Below the pieces are notes generated by a model. It searched no databases. It saw nothing but the letters and a program-made list of their open reading frames with translations, and was not told the DNA's origin. Source: Octopus bimaculoides (taxonomy: Eukaryota). From it: a stretch of DNA of 64,000 nucleotides. The translations under genes were made by a program, and so were the position numbers. The stretch lies in assembly GCF_001194135.2 (NCBI RefSeq), contig NC_068990.1:88822698-88886697 (forward strand), given 5' to 3'. This document shows positions 37,553 through 47,905 of this stretch, in pieces. Position 1 is the first letter of the stretch, and every line of letters begins with the position of its first letter.

Positions 37553-40500
37553 TATCCACCCAATTATGCGTGTGTACTAGTGAGGGAAGTCGCAGCTTCA
37601 CATTGATTGGAATGTATGGATGAATGTTGTCTTGCCTATTATAAATTGATGGAATTATTTCTTTAAAATTGAAGTCTATTAATTTTAAAACTATTATGTT
37701 TCTGTTTTGCATTGATATAAAAAAAAATGTAATTGTAAATTATAACGACACCAAATGATATCACTGATCATCTCTGGTTGTAGATGCTTTATCATGGATG
37801 ACAATGGCTACCTCATTTCCCATCCTGACCTCATTGAACCAAATCGAAAAGGTCCTGTTGAGCAACAACATATCACACACAAAGTAAGTGCCATATTATA
37901 TCAAAGCCAACTTTGAATTAATTTATTCATCTGACCGAGACCTTTGGAAATGTGTTGTGCGTGAGAAGACCCGGCAAGCCAAGTAAGATCGTTGCCAGTG
38001 CCCCTGGACTGGCTCTTGTGCGGGTGGCACATGAGATGCACCATTTTGAGCGTGGCCGTTGCCAGTACCGCCTGACTGGCTCCCGTAGGATTTTCGAGTG
38101 AGATCGTTGCCAGTGCCCCTGGACTGGCTTGTGCGGGTGGCACATAAAAGACACCATTTCGAGCGTGGCCGTTTTCGTGCGGGTGACACGTAAAAGCACC
38201 CACTACACTCTCTGAGTGGTTGGCGTTAGGAAGGGCATCCAGCTGTAGAAACTCTGCCAAATTAGATTGGAGCCTGGTGTTGCCATCCGGTTTCACCAGT
38301 CCTCAGTCAAATCGTCCAACCCATGCTAGCATGGAAAGCGGACGTTAAACGATGATGATGATGATGATGATGATCTTACATTAGTGAATACCTTTGATGT
38401 CCAGTTTTCTCGGTTGTATTCTTGTATGATTAATTAACTACTTTTACATAAGCAAATATCAGAGCTTGCAGTTTCTTATGTGTATGTGCGTGCACACACA
38501 CACAAGCACACTGTTGACCATCTATTCAGTCGTTAACTCCTAACAATAACATATAACACACCAGCATGGTCCTGTGACTATGAAGTCTGCTTTACAATCA
38601 TCTCGTTTTGGGTTCTGTCGCACTGCACCACACCTTGGGCAAATGTTTTCTACCATAGCTCTCTGTCAGCCAATGCTTTGGGAGGGAATTTGCTAGGTGC
38701 GCGTAAAAAATGCCCACTACACTCTTGGAGTGGTTGGCGTTAGGAAGGGCATCCAGCTGTAGAAACCGTTCCGAATCAGATTGGAACCTGGTGCATCCTC
38801 CTGGCTTACCAGTTTTCAGTCAAACCTTCCAACCCATGCCAGCATGGAAAGCAGACGTTAAACGATGATGAAGCTACAGAGCTCATCGTGTATGTGTGTC
38901 TCTGTATGAATGTTTAAATTCTCTGCTGAGCCAAGCTACAGACATTATTGTTTATTGATATTTTCCCAGTTAACAAATACTCCAGTAATTCTGCACTTCC
39001 AAAGTTATGTGGAATGAAACTCTCTTACTTGAAGAACAAGTAAAGGTTATCTGGGTGTTAAAACAATGTCTTGGTAATATGTATTCATCTAACCCTTGCC
39101 AGTATAGAAAAAATGACTGTAAAACGAATTAGTGTGTGTATGTGTGTGTAAAGTATTTGTATCACAACATGATTACCGTAATAGACCTGTCACTTTTCTG
39201 GAGAATGGAAGTTATCTTTCTCCATGGGACATGAGTGCTTGTGTATGTGCATGTGAGGGGGCATGATATATATACCTCTAATGATTTGTCTTGGTTTGAT
39301 ATAATTTTTGTTTCTTTTCTTCAGGAACCACTCATAGCAAATGATATATTGAATCATCGAGGATTTGTCCAGAAGAAACTCTGCAATAGATACAATGACC
39401 GAACTGTTCAAAGATTCTATAATGTAAGCTGTAAAACCTAGGTTTTGTTCCGTTCTTCATAAATAATTAATGTTGAAGTCTTAAGTATTTTAAGTATTGC
39501 CACCTATGTTCACAATTATTGATAGTGATTCAGTAGTCAGGCTGTTGATGTACAGTAAAAGATATTGATAACTAATATATAACATAATCACAAAATAGTA
39601 ATGAAGATAAAAGGAATTGTGTATGTGTTGTTATTGTTAGAGTGATTCTAAAATAAGATCTCAGTTCAAATCAGTTGACAAAGAAGTACAACTGAGAAAT
39701 GTAATACTTATGTTTCTATATTTCTAGTTCAACACTAGTCTTGAAGGAGTCCTCACAAATTTGGTCCACGGAGAACATTGTGCTCGTTACCAGGTATGTA
39801 AATATATTTATAATTGAGTGAAAGAATAAAGTTAAAATTTGATTGTGTGTATGTGTATCATCATTGTATTAATGTCCACTTTCTCACACCTGCATGGGTC
39901 AGATGGAGTTTATTGAGGCAGATTTTCTTTGGCTGGATGCTCTTTCTTGTTGCCAGCACTTTCTTATTTCCAAGCAAGATAATATTTCCCCATGGCCAGA
40001 CATGCTCTTGCAAAATACTGAGAATGAATGACAATAGAAATCATTTATAACTATCATGATGTCAAAACAAGGAGACACAAATGCATGCCCATACACACAC
40101 AGCACACATATGCATACATGACAGACTTGTTTCAGTTTCTCTCTATTAGATCCACTTTGGGCAGCCCAGAGCTATAGCAGAAGACATTTGTTCAAGGTAT
40201 CACACCATGGGACTGAACCCGAAACCATGTTGTTGGGAAGTAAACTTTGATCTTATTGTATAGCGTTCAGGGGTATTACAACTTATTGGGAAAGGGTAAA
40301 GGAAGGGACAGAAAGCCACAATGAATCAAGCAAAGACAGACAGCTATGGTAGTCCAAAGTGCATGCGCAATACACAGAATAAAACACAAACGGGCAGAAA
40401 AGTGAACAGTAAAAGAGCCTTAAAATGGAAAGGGTGTATAGGTACATCAGGAGTAGTGTTGATGAATTTGAGGAAGTATGGAATTTTTCAAGGATGCAGT

Positions 40501-42930
40501 GTCCTTTAGATAACCTCTGAATGACTGACAAAAGTCTTTCTTGAGTGATGCTAAGACACCTTAAAGCAGTTTTATAAAAGCGTCAAGTGAACCTGAAAGT
40601 ATCATGAACTTTGGTACATATATGTATAAACATATAGTTATTGGATCTGGAGAGGAATTTCCTTGATCTCCACAAAGATGGAATGTATGTGGGACAAATG
40701 CATTGGCCATAGCATACACCTGTGAAGATGAATTTTGATTCATCACCTGACCTGACCATTTAATGTTTTAAACAACATAAGAGAGAAGACTCTTTGTGCT
40801 TGCTTGAATTGCTAGAAATATCAACGATATCCCCAAATCACACCCTCTTGTCTTAAATGGAAGGACATATGGGATATTTGTTGTTCTAGATATATTATTT
40901 GAATAAAATAAGAAATATCTGATCATAAGTTTGTTCTATATGGGCTAACCTGAGACTAAACATCTTAGTTCTAAGAGGGAAGTATTACTTTACAGTCACT
41001 TTGCTTAAAAACCAGTGAGAGTTAGCAACAGGAAAAGCATACATCTGCAGCAAATTTGCCTCGGTAAATTCTTTCTGACCCATGTAAGATGGAAAAGTAG
41101 ACACTGAATGATGAGGCATCCCACATTAGACATTACTTCACTTGTTTTAGTACTTTAGTCGTTAAATATATTTTGCTATATAGAAAATATGTTCAACACA
41201 TGATAACGTAGAAACACTAATGTTAAAAAGTTGAGAGTGATGACAGTGGTGTAGAAGGAGCAGGAAAGAAGCTATGTTGTACCTGTTGTCTTAACTGAAA
41301 TCACACTATACTATCTAAATAAAAGAGTGGATGGTTACAGCTGTACCATCTTTGATTACAAGACTGTTAGATTAACGGCCAAGCTGAATTCCCTCCATTG
41401 TCTACCTTCACATCAAATATTGAATACGTTATGATTTTTAATCATATTCTTTTTTTGAAAATAGTTTTATTGATTTTTTTTAGTTTTTATATTTTATTGT
41501 TCTGTTTACTATTTGTGTTATATTTGTTGTTACTTTTTTTTTTATATATATATAGATAACTCAAATTCCTGGCACAAATGCTTTCCTTGGAATAGTCAAC
41601 CATACTTGTGACACAGCAACTGCTTTCTGTCCTTGCAGCATGGTGAGTAAATTTGAACAATAAATCCCCACGTATTCAAGTTCTTTCTGGTAAACTATAT
41701 TATTGCAGGTTGTCAAATTGTAATGACCAAGTAGATATCATACTGGACTACTGACCTGTAGTTCATGAGTTCAAGTTCATCATGTATTTGAACAATACAC
41801 TTAATTGTACATTAACTGCAGACCATTTAACAAATGATAAAAAAAGATATTAGTAGATCATCTGGGAATGTTACTGTTACAGGTAATAAAATGTTAAGTA
41901 GAATGGTATGAAATAGTTATTTTTTACCATGTTAACTCAATGAAACAGTGCTGAGGTGTAACTTTTAAAAGTCCCCATAAGCTTGTGGAAACATTGATAT
42001 TTTGCATGGCTTTCAATAAAATATAGGAGAAATGGTTAAGTTGACATAGTATTGGGTTTACTAACTTATATGTCTTCAATTCAGATTCATTGGGTAGTAG
42101 TCTTAATCTGTCACCCAGTTAAACACTACCACCTACGTGCTTTTAGTGGAGTTAACTCTGTTGCAAATATCCAGAGTAGGTCTCCAGTCTGAATATAATT
42201 TACTTCATTCCTCTAATTGTGTACATGAAAATGAGCCTGCAGATTATTATGTTTTATAACCAGAAGGGAAAGGCAGTAACCATCCATGACTCTTTTATGG
42301 GGCTCCAAGTTTGTTGGGAGGTAGAGAAGGAGTTATCTTCAACCAGCAATCTAGTCCAGATGCTTGCAACAGTGGATTCCATTAAAGGCATCCAAGATAA
42401 CCAATGTTGGTATTGTTTCACTTTGTGAGATGTCTGTGCACTGAGTTGAGCTGTGATAGGCTGCAGTAATGGTTGTTGGTTCTGCTACCTGTTGGTGATT
42501 AGGTATACCTACTGATATAGCAGCATGATGCTTGGCTGAGAAGAATTAATCGGCCAACAAATACATTCATGAGTGTAAGTATATCATCTTCGTTAGTTTG
42601 AAGAAGTCTACAAGTGTTATGGGCAGTGACCCTCATCTTCACCTGAGAGAATTTAACTGACAACATTTATATAACCTTTAATGGGCTCTTTGTCCTGTAA
42701 ATTCCATTATTCAACTAACAATTCTTCTCTTTTAACAATATTTCTGCTTATTCATTTGTAGATTGACCGTCTGTGTCTAAATTGTCATCGAATGGAGCAA
42801 AGTGAATGCGAGTGTCCCTGTGAATGTCCCCTTGAAATGAACTTTTGTACTGGAGGCTTGTTACAAGAAGACGACAAGTGAGTTTGATATTTTCAGTCTA
42901 TAAAGTATTATGATTTTTAAATATCGTTAT

Positions 42931-42982
<52 letters not shown>

Positions 42983-42992
42983 NNNNNNNNNN

Positions 42993-43024
<32 letters not shown>

Positions 43025-43355
43025 GTGATCATTACCAGCATCGCCTTATTGGCACAAACATTCGAGCGTGGCCGTTGCCAGTACTGCCTGACTGGCCCTC
43101 GTGCTGGCAGCACATAAAAGCACCCACTACACTCTCGGAGTGGTTGGCGTTAGGAAGGGCATCCAGCTGTAGAAACTCTGCCAGATCAGATTGGACTAAC
43201 TGGCTAACAGGCCCATGGAATTAACATGTAAATGGTTGAATATTCCAAAGGACACATGTATCCTTAATGTAATTCTCATATGGAATTAGTGTGGCAAGGC
43301 TGGGCTTTTGAATTACTCATCCGGTTTACTTGACAATTATTTTTGTATGCGTGCC

Positions 43356-43423
<68 letters not shown>

Positions 43424-43774
43424 GGTAAACTGTTCAATAACCAGTGCAATCAATAAATGAAAACCAGTTGTTTTGCCACTGCATTACTTCCATTTTCTCA
43501 GGAAAAGGTTGATTTCTTTGTGTTGGTTTTTACACCTGAAAAATTTTTGTATTGTTAACCATTCAGCTGTAAAGTAGAACATGAGAGTTTGGTTCACTGA
43601 GGCAAATAAATGTTAAGAAAGTGCAGAGCACAGCAAATGTTCTGAAGTTAAGTCTCACCAGCTTGTTCTTTAACTGAATTCCATTCAGATTGTTTTTCTC
43701 TTCCTTTCTTCCTGGTTTGATCCAATAAATTGTCAGTTTAATTATTCTAGAAGGAAAATGTGTTATGCCTCTTC

Positions 43775-43833
<59 letters not shown>

Positions 43834-43922
43834 NNNNNNNNNNNNNNNNNNNNNNNNNNNNNNNNNNNNNNNNNNNNNNNNNNNNNNNNNNNNNNNNNNN
43901 NNNNNNNNNNNNNNNNNNNNNN

Positions 43923-43984
<62 letters not shown>

Positions 43985-46900
43985 CTTATTTAAATATATT
44001 GATAATCATGAGACTCCTCACATGTGTTTGTATGTAGTGTATGTGCATAAAAATTACTGTATACTCTGAAGATGAAGTGTATAAACAAAAACTAACATAG
44101 CTGTACTTCACTGGCTTCACTCTTTCTTGTATTTCAGTAACCCAAGCTGTGTACGTTACCCAGAGGAAGGAAAGTTAGCTAAAGTCACACTAGAAATGAC
44201 AGATAACCTTGTACAGTGTTATCTTCCAAAATGCCAAGATAGACCAACAAAAATGTAAGTATTATTTCAGTGTTGGTAGAATTGGTAGGGTGGGTAATAA
44301 AATATCTTGCAGTTCTTGTAACTACTGGGGTAGTCAAGTATTGAGGTAGATTCAATTGCCTGTACTCTCTTGCAGAATGTGTGGTTGTACCTATGTTAAA
44401 AATCACACTCTTTGTGTATGTTGGTGGACAGGCAGAAGTAATGCACCAGAATAATTACCTCAATGTTTTGAGTTCAAATCTTTCTATGGTTGATTCTGCC
44501 TTTTATCTTATTTATTCATTTTTTGGTTGTGGTCGATAAAATCAGTTTTAGTCATGTTCTAGAACTGATTTAAATCAATTTAAATTCTATAATTATGGTT
44601 ATAATCCTGAATAAGAACTGACAAAGCAGAGGGGACTTTTCTGTCTTCCTTGCACAGGACAGACTCTTCAATACTAGGGCATGATAAAGTGCAACTATTC
44701 TGTAAAGTGGTTGGTGATAAGAAGGGCATCTAGCCATAGAAAACATGCAAAAGTGGAATGTATGAGCAAGATATGGATTCCACAAACCCTAATGCAGGCT
44801 ACCAGTCTAGCGGGCACTAACTGAATAAAAACTAATACAAAATAGGATGGATTTTTTTAACCCTTTTACATAAAACAAATTCTTCAGTTCACTCTGACTA
44901 CATTCTTAGACATATAAAACACAAAAGTTTGGCAGTTTTTGGTTGTGTGTGCAATATAATGCAGACTGATGACACATCTAGTGCATGCCAGCATGAAGAA
45001 CAGATATGAAAAGATGATAATGATTATAACATATACATGGTCTTTACTTCACATACTGATATATCCAATATCAAATAGATTTGACATCTATTTTGATGTT
45101 GCCATGAAATCATGGTATGGATTTAATGATAGAGTAACCTAAACACATACATATACAATGATGCCTAAGTATGTTCACTGCAAAAATAACTGACACCAGA
45201 ACAAGTAATAAAGAATTTATTTTTCTATAAATTTTTGAATTTATTCTGAATGCTCCCTTCCCACCTTTCACAGGTCGTGCCTTGGAGTTCTTGGCTGTGA
45301 ATGGTGTGAGATGCAGGATAAAGATGGTATGATCATTCCATTGTCAAAGCCCCATTGTGCAACACAAGCCATTTGTTTTGGTGGGATACTTGGTGCTGAA
45401 ACCCCCTATGGGGATCAGTTACAACAGCAACGTAAGTCTCAATTATATTTTTTTTCTTTTTATATGCCCCTCACCTTCTTCTTCCTTCCATGCCCTTATC
45501 ATCATCGTTTTTGTATATTATCATTGTTATGCCATTGAAGACTTTTTCTTTGAATCTGCTTGCCTCACATTTCTGGCAGCAACATCTGTTCTCTTTCCAG
45601 GAACGTCTTCCTTTAACTGGGTTCCATGGGTATTTTATTCTAGCCACTGTCACCAAGTTTAATCTATCTTTTCCATTCAACATGTCTAGTGAATAACAAA
45701 ACATTTTCTCACTTTCCTTCTTTATGCTTTCTCCAAGATTCAGCTCAACATTCCCTTCATCTTCAGTTCCCACTCTACATGCCTTACATTTAAATGTTAC
45801 TACCACATTAGTTTATAACTCTCTCATCCCTAAAATTTTCAATGAACTCAACCACACATTTAATGGAGTTCATTACAACACCCATCTACATATCACACAC
45901 TGCCACTTTCTTGTTCTTTCCATCTTCACCTGCTTTACTACTTGCCATCATCTTTGTGTTTCCAGTATCCAATATCCACCTTTATACCTTTTTCCTCCAC
46001 ACTTTACTTCCCCTTTTCCTTTTCTTTCAATTTATTCACCTCTCTGTTATTAACACTTATCATCTGTGTATAGTAACTCCCACGGATATTGTCATGGTTA
46101 CTCCATCCTTCCTCTCCTATTAATAAAGAAAGTTAGTCATCACAAAAATGTCTTCTGTCAGTCAAATAGAGGTACCACAAGTAACTGTCTGTTCATCAGT
46201 CAGTTGGTGATGCCACAGATATGCCTTTTATACAGATAGCATTAATGTTTATAATATCTAATATAGAGGAGATGAGTATGTTTGATTAAATAAATCCTAG
46301 TTATTGACTTGTACTTATTTTAATGATCCTTGGTAAGATGAAAACAAAATTTGATTTCAGAATGTAACAAGCTGTGTTTTTGTATAATTTGTATGTTGAC
46401 ATTAATTTTAACAGTATTAGTGGTAATGCAAATCAGTCTCACTAAACTTGGGGGACTTTCAAAGGCCATGGACACTACACCATCTCCTGACTTAGTCACC
46501 AGACTCAGCCTATAATGGTTGAGACTGCCCTTACACTTGACTAAGTCACTAATCTCAGAGGGCTTGTCAAGGTCATTGGAACTTTCTCTCCACCTGACTA
46601 AGCCATAACAATTTATTTTTTTTATTCCAATATTTTAAAATTTTCAGACAGTTCTATGCAATGTAATCCTTTCAGTTATTGTTAGCTACTAAGTATACAT
46701 TAAAAGATTGCCAGAGGTTTTAAAAAAAAAAATTCTTAACAGGTTTTCTGTTTTCAGCAGTGATCCAAGATGCTGAGCCTGTAAATGTAAAAACTACTCC
46801 AGTTGGTCCTGTTGCTGGTGGAATCATGGGGATATTTCTGGTTCTTGCATTGAGTGTGTATTGTTATCGTCATCATGTCCACCGGTCTTCCCACCAGTAT

Positions 46901-47905
46901 GTCACGTCTTTACCAGACAATCAAGCTCGTATGTCAAACTACTATGAAACAGAAGAACCTGAACAACATGAAGAACTTGGTGCAGGTAGGTGAAAGGGTT
47001 TTTTAAATATAAGAATATGAATGGATGAATTGATAGGGTACTCTACAACTTGTTAATGGACATAAACTGTTATCAGCACTGTGCAAAGTTGATTCCTCAC
47101 AACTCTTTCATTGTCCAATTGATATAACATTAAGACATAAGGCTGAATAGGAAATAATAAATTAAAAATCCAGCTCCTTCCATGTCAGGCCCCATTTCTA
47201 TATTAGATATATAACTTTTTGTTTTAATATGTTTAATAATTTTTTTAAAAATATATAATTTACCATTTACGCAGTGGTAAATCTGGCACTGGAAAAACCG
47301 TGGCACTCCCCTTTCTTGATGCCTTAAGCATGTGCTTATTTTGTTTAATGGTTGATCTGACCCTCCCATCTGTGATACATGCTTCTGTTTGTTAAAATGA
47401 ATACTTCTATGTTTATTTCAGTTCATATTTTATGATTACACATTTATGTTCCCATTTAACAATTTGGGAAATCTATTTTGCAGGTCACACCAATTTTGTT
47501 TTGGCACCATTTGAAAATGCTGCAAGTATTTCTCCATACCGCGTGAACACAACTTATCGTCGACCAGCCGGGGGAGACAGCGACCATGGTTATAGTACAA
47601 TGACACCTCATGAAGACAGTGAGCATGCCAGCCTACCATGCCTAGAACCACTACTAATTGGGAAGGACCGCTTCAAGCCTCCAACATATCCTAGTACCAA
47701 AGCACCTGTTATTCCTCCACCCCCAATCATTTGCAGCCGTCGCAGCCGCAGCCCAACACCTCCTCAGGCTCGTCTCTCTTCCTACACCCCTATTCCTGAA
47801 CAGACATTATTGCCCTCCCAACAGACTGTTGTTGCCAGTACGATCCCTGAGGGGTCTCATAGTGTCATAGCAAATGTGCAAGTCCATGTAGTTGATGCTC
47901 ATTGA
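20298..47905 (+). CDS. CACHD1: VWFA and cache domain-containing protein 1 (CACHD1); spliced CDS of 28 exons, N-terminal signal-peptide exon not included
   Basis: Manual splicing of 28 GT-AG exons keeps phase at every junction and gives 3699 nt including the stop. Peptides match recalled human CACHD1 motifs: [105 protein letters not shown]. Confidence 0.97.
21185..21333 (+). CDS. CACHD1: CACHD1 exon ([12 protein letters not shown]...[10 protein letters not shown])
   Basis: ttcag/GTGAGT, 149 nt, conserved CC pair. Confidence 0.92.
21646..21782 (-). mobile_element. SINE family A copy
   Basis: Reverse complement of the family A core (ttctacagctggatg.ccttcctaacaccaacc). Confidence 0.8.
21783..21895. 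repeat. Compound (CA)n ... (TA)n microsatellites
   Basis: Direct read. Confidence 0.95.
22104..22210 (+). CDS. CACHD1: CACHD1 exon ([16 protein letters not shown]...[10 protein letters not shown])
   Basis: tttgtag/GTAAGT, 107 nt, SCD and AFNPGR motifs. Confidence 0.93.
22791..22929 (+). CDS. CACHD1: CACHD1 exon ([16 protein letters not shown]...HDIRH)
   Basis: ttcag/GTAAGT, 139 nt, KWQYF cache motif. Confidence 0.95.
23202..23346 (+). CDS. CACHD1: CACHD1 exon, VWA start ([23 protein letters not shown]...ENDY)
   Basis: ttcag/GTAAGC, 145 nt. Confidence 0.96.
23884..24019 (+). CDS. CACHD1: CACHD1 exon, VWA ([10 protein letters not shown]...LKKEN)
   Basis: cag/GTTAGT, 136 nt, phase 0-1. Confidence 0.93.
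24692..24765. repeat. Compound (CA)n(CT)n microsatellite just upstream of the acceptor at 24803
   Basis: Direct read. Confidence 0.95.
24804..24875 (+). CDS. CACHD1: CACHD1 exon, VWA ([23 protein letters not shown])
   Basis: ctccccag/GTAAGT, 72 nt, T-x-H-x-x-GFxxAF motif. Confidence 0.92.
25808..25954 (+). CDS. CACHD1: CACHD1 exon, VWA ([13 protein letters not shown]...INTYAVID)
   Basis: tttcag/GTAAGG, 147 nt. Confidence 0.93.
26654..26754 (+). CDS. CACHD1: CACHD1 exon ([18 protein letters not shown]...TTAIL)
   Basis: cag/GTAAAG, 101 nt, FLxDxAxQN motif. Confidence 0.92.
27183..27200 (+). CDS. CACHD1: Candidate 18-nt in-frame alternative microexon (NTMTLQ)
   Basis: CTCAC branch-like motif at 27159-27163, pyrimidine tract, AG at 27181-82, CAG|GTGAGA donor; both flanking exon junctions are phase 0. 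Confidence 0.5.
27272..27404 (+). CDS. CACHD1: CACHD1 exon ([10 protein letters not shown]...[12 protein letters not shown])
   Basis: tttag/GTAAAA, 133 nt, VFSLP motif. Confidence 0.94.
28360..28509 (+). CDS. CACHD1: CACHD1 exon, dCache (LTMSISQAC...GVVGVDL...SYAFIINTD)
   Basis: tttcag/GTAAGT, 150 nt. Confidence 0.96.
29253..29376 (+). CDS. CACHD1: CACHD1 exon ([12 protein letters not shown]...HTDIRHFEN...DAIL)
   Basis: tttcag/GTGATC, 124 nt. Confidence 0.95.
30617..30731 (+). CDS. CACHD1: CACHD1 exon (KERGREIAP...VYSWRK)
   Basis: tttcag/GTAACT, 115 nt, phase 2-0. Confidence 0.9.
31656..31734 (+). CDS. CACHD1: CACHD1 exon ([11 protein letters not shown]...MKKIH)
   Basis: ctccag/GTAAGC, 79 nt. 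Confidence 0.88.
32427..32513 (+). CDS. CACHD1: CACHD1 exon ([13 protein letters not shown]...[10 protein letters not shown])
   Basis: tttag/GTAAGT, 87 nt. Confidence 0.95.
33332..33474 (+). CDS. CACHD1: CACHD1 exon ([11 protein letters not shown]...[12 protein letters not shown])
   Basis: tacag/GTAAGT, 143 nt. Confidence 0.96.
33615..33845 (+). mobile_element. SINE family A copy (spans an assembly gap)
   Basis: Family A core and tail. Confidence 0.8.
34323..34420 (+). CDS. CACHD1: CACHD1 exon ([10 protein letters not shown]...YIIR)
   Basis: tttag/GTAAGT, 98 nt. Confidence 0.95.
35153..35282. repeat. Perfect 24-bp inverted repeat with 82-nt spacer
   Basis: tttcagcagcttggcatgaagatt (35153-35176) / aatcttcatgccaagctgctgaaa (35259-35282). 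Confidence 0.97.
35871..36065 (+). CDS. CACHD1: CACHD1 exon, second dCache (YVATPGG...YDPTKRPWF...[10 protein letters not shown]...IFEG)
   Basis: tacag/GTAAGT, 195 nt. Confidence 0.97.
36837..36959 (+). CDS. CACHD1: CACHD1 exon ([26 protein letters not shown]...PTV)
   Basis: tacag/GTAAGA, 123 nt. Confidence 0.95.
37784..37883 (+). CDS. CACHD1: CACHD1 exon ([14 protein letters not shown]...EQQHITHK)
   Basis: tgtag/GTAAGT, 100 nt. Confidence 0.96.
37905..38374 (+). mobile_element. Young SINE-like retroposon (family A) with duplicated internal modules and (GAT)n tail
   Basis: ggttggcgttaggaagggcatccagctgtagaaactctgcc core and aacccatgctagcatggaaagcggacgttaaac(gat)n end; CpGs intact. Confidence 0.85.
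38705..38870 (+). mobile_element. SINE family A copy
   Basis: Family A core and tail. Confidence 0.8.
39325..39423 (+). CDS. CACHD1: CACHD1 exon ([11 protein letters not shown]...RTVQRFYN)
   Basis: ttcag/GTAAGC, 99 nt. Confidence 0.96.
39728..39793 (+). CDS. CACHD1: CACHD1 exon ([22 protein letters not shown])
   Basis: tctag/GTATGT, 66 nt. Confidence 0.95.
41556..41642 (+). CDS. CACHD1: CACHD1 exon ([19 protein letters not shown]...CPCSM)
   Basis: tatag/GTGAGT, 87 nt. Confidence 0.95.
42762..42877 (+). CDS. CACHD1: CACHD1 exon, Cys-rich ([25 protein letters not shown]...)
   Basis: tgtag/GTGAGT, 116 nt. Confidence 0.97.
43030..43195 (+). mobile_element. SINE family A copy
   Basis: cgagcgtggccgttgccag module plus family A core. 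Confidence 0.8.
43781..43981. repeat. (CT)n microsatellite interrupted by an N gap
   Basis: Direct read; Ns at ~43834-43922. Confidence 0.95.
44138..44254 (+). CDS. CACHD1: CACHD1 exon ([10 protein letters not shown]...KCQDRPTK)
   Basis: ttcag/GTAAGT, 117 nt. Confidence 0.93.
45274..45431 (+). CDS. CACHD1: CACHD1 exon ([11 protein letters not shown]...[12 protein letters not shown]...QQQ)
   Basis: cacag/GTAAGT, 158 nt. Confidence 0.95.
46758..46985 (+). CDS. CACHD1: CACHD1 transmembrane exon ([29 protein letters not shown]...)
   Basis: ttttcagcag tandem acceptor/GTAGGT; hydrophobic helix at ~46811-46867 followed by basic stop-transfer residues. Confidence 0.96.
47484..47905 (+). CDS. CACHD1: CACHD1 last coding exon, cytoplasmic tail (...[16 protein letters not shown]...VQVHVVDAH*)
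   Basis: ttgcag acceptor, TGA stop at 47903-47905, C-terminus resembles recalled human VTVHTVDAEC. Confidence 0.96.

Noticed and set aside
37901-38296. 131-aa minus-strand ORF and neighbours
   Set aside because: Antisense read-through of a GC-rich SINE with tandem modules; not a gene.
43747-44069. ORFs of poly-LS/RE, and similar YI, CV and TH repeat ORFs elsewhere in the track
   Set aside because: Translations of dinucleotide microsatellites and N gaps.
45440-46125. Several overlapping 90-110 aa ORFs in a pyrimidine/C-rich intron segment
   Set aside because: Low-complexity bias explains the open frames, and no domain motif was seen.
47417-47483. Upstream ttcag acceptor or ORF extension (MITHLCSH...) for the last exon
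   Set aside because: Splicing at 47421 gives an immediate in-frame TGA, while the acceptor at 47483 gives the correct phase and homology.
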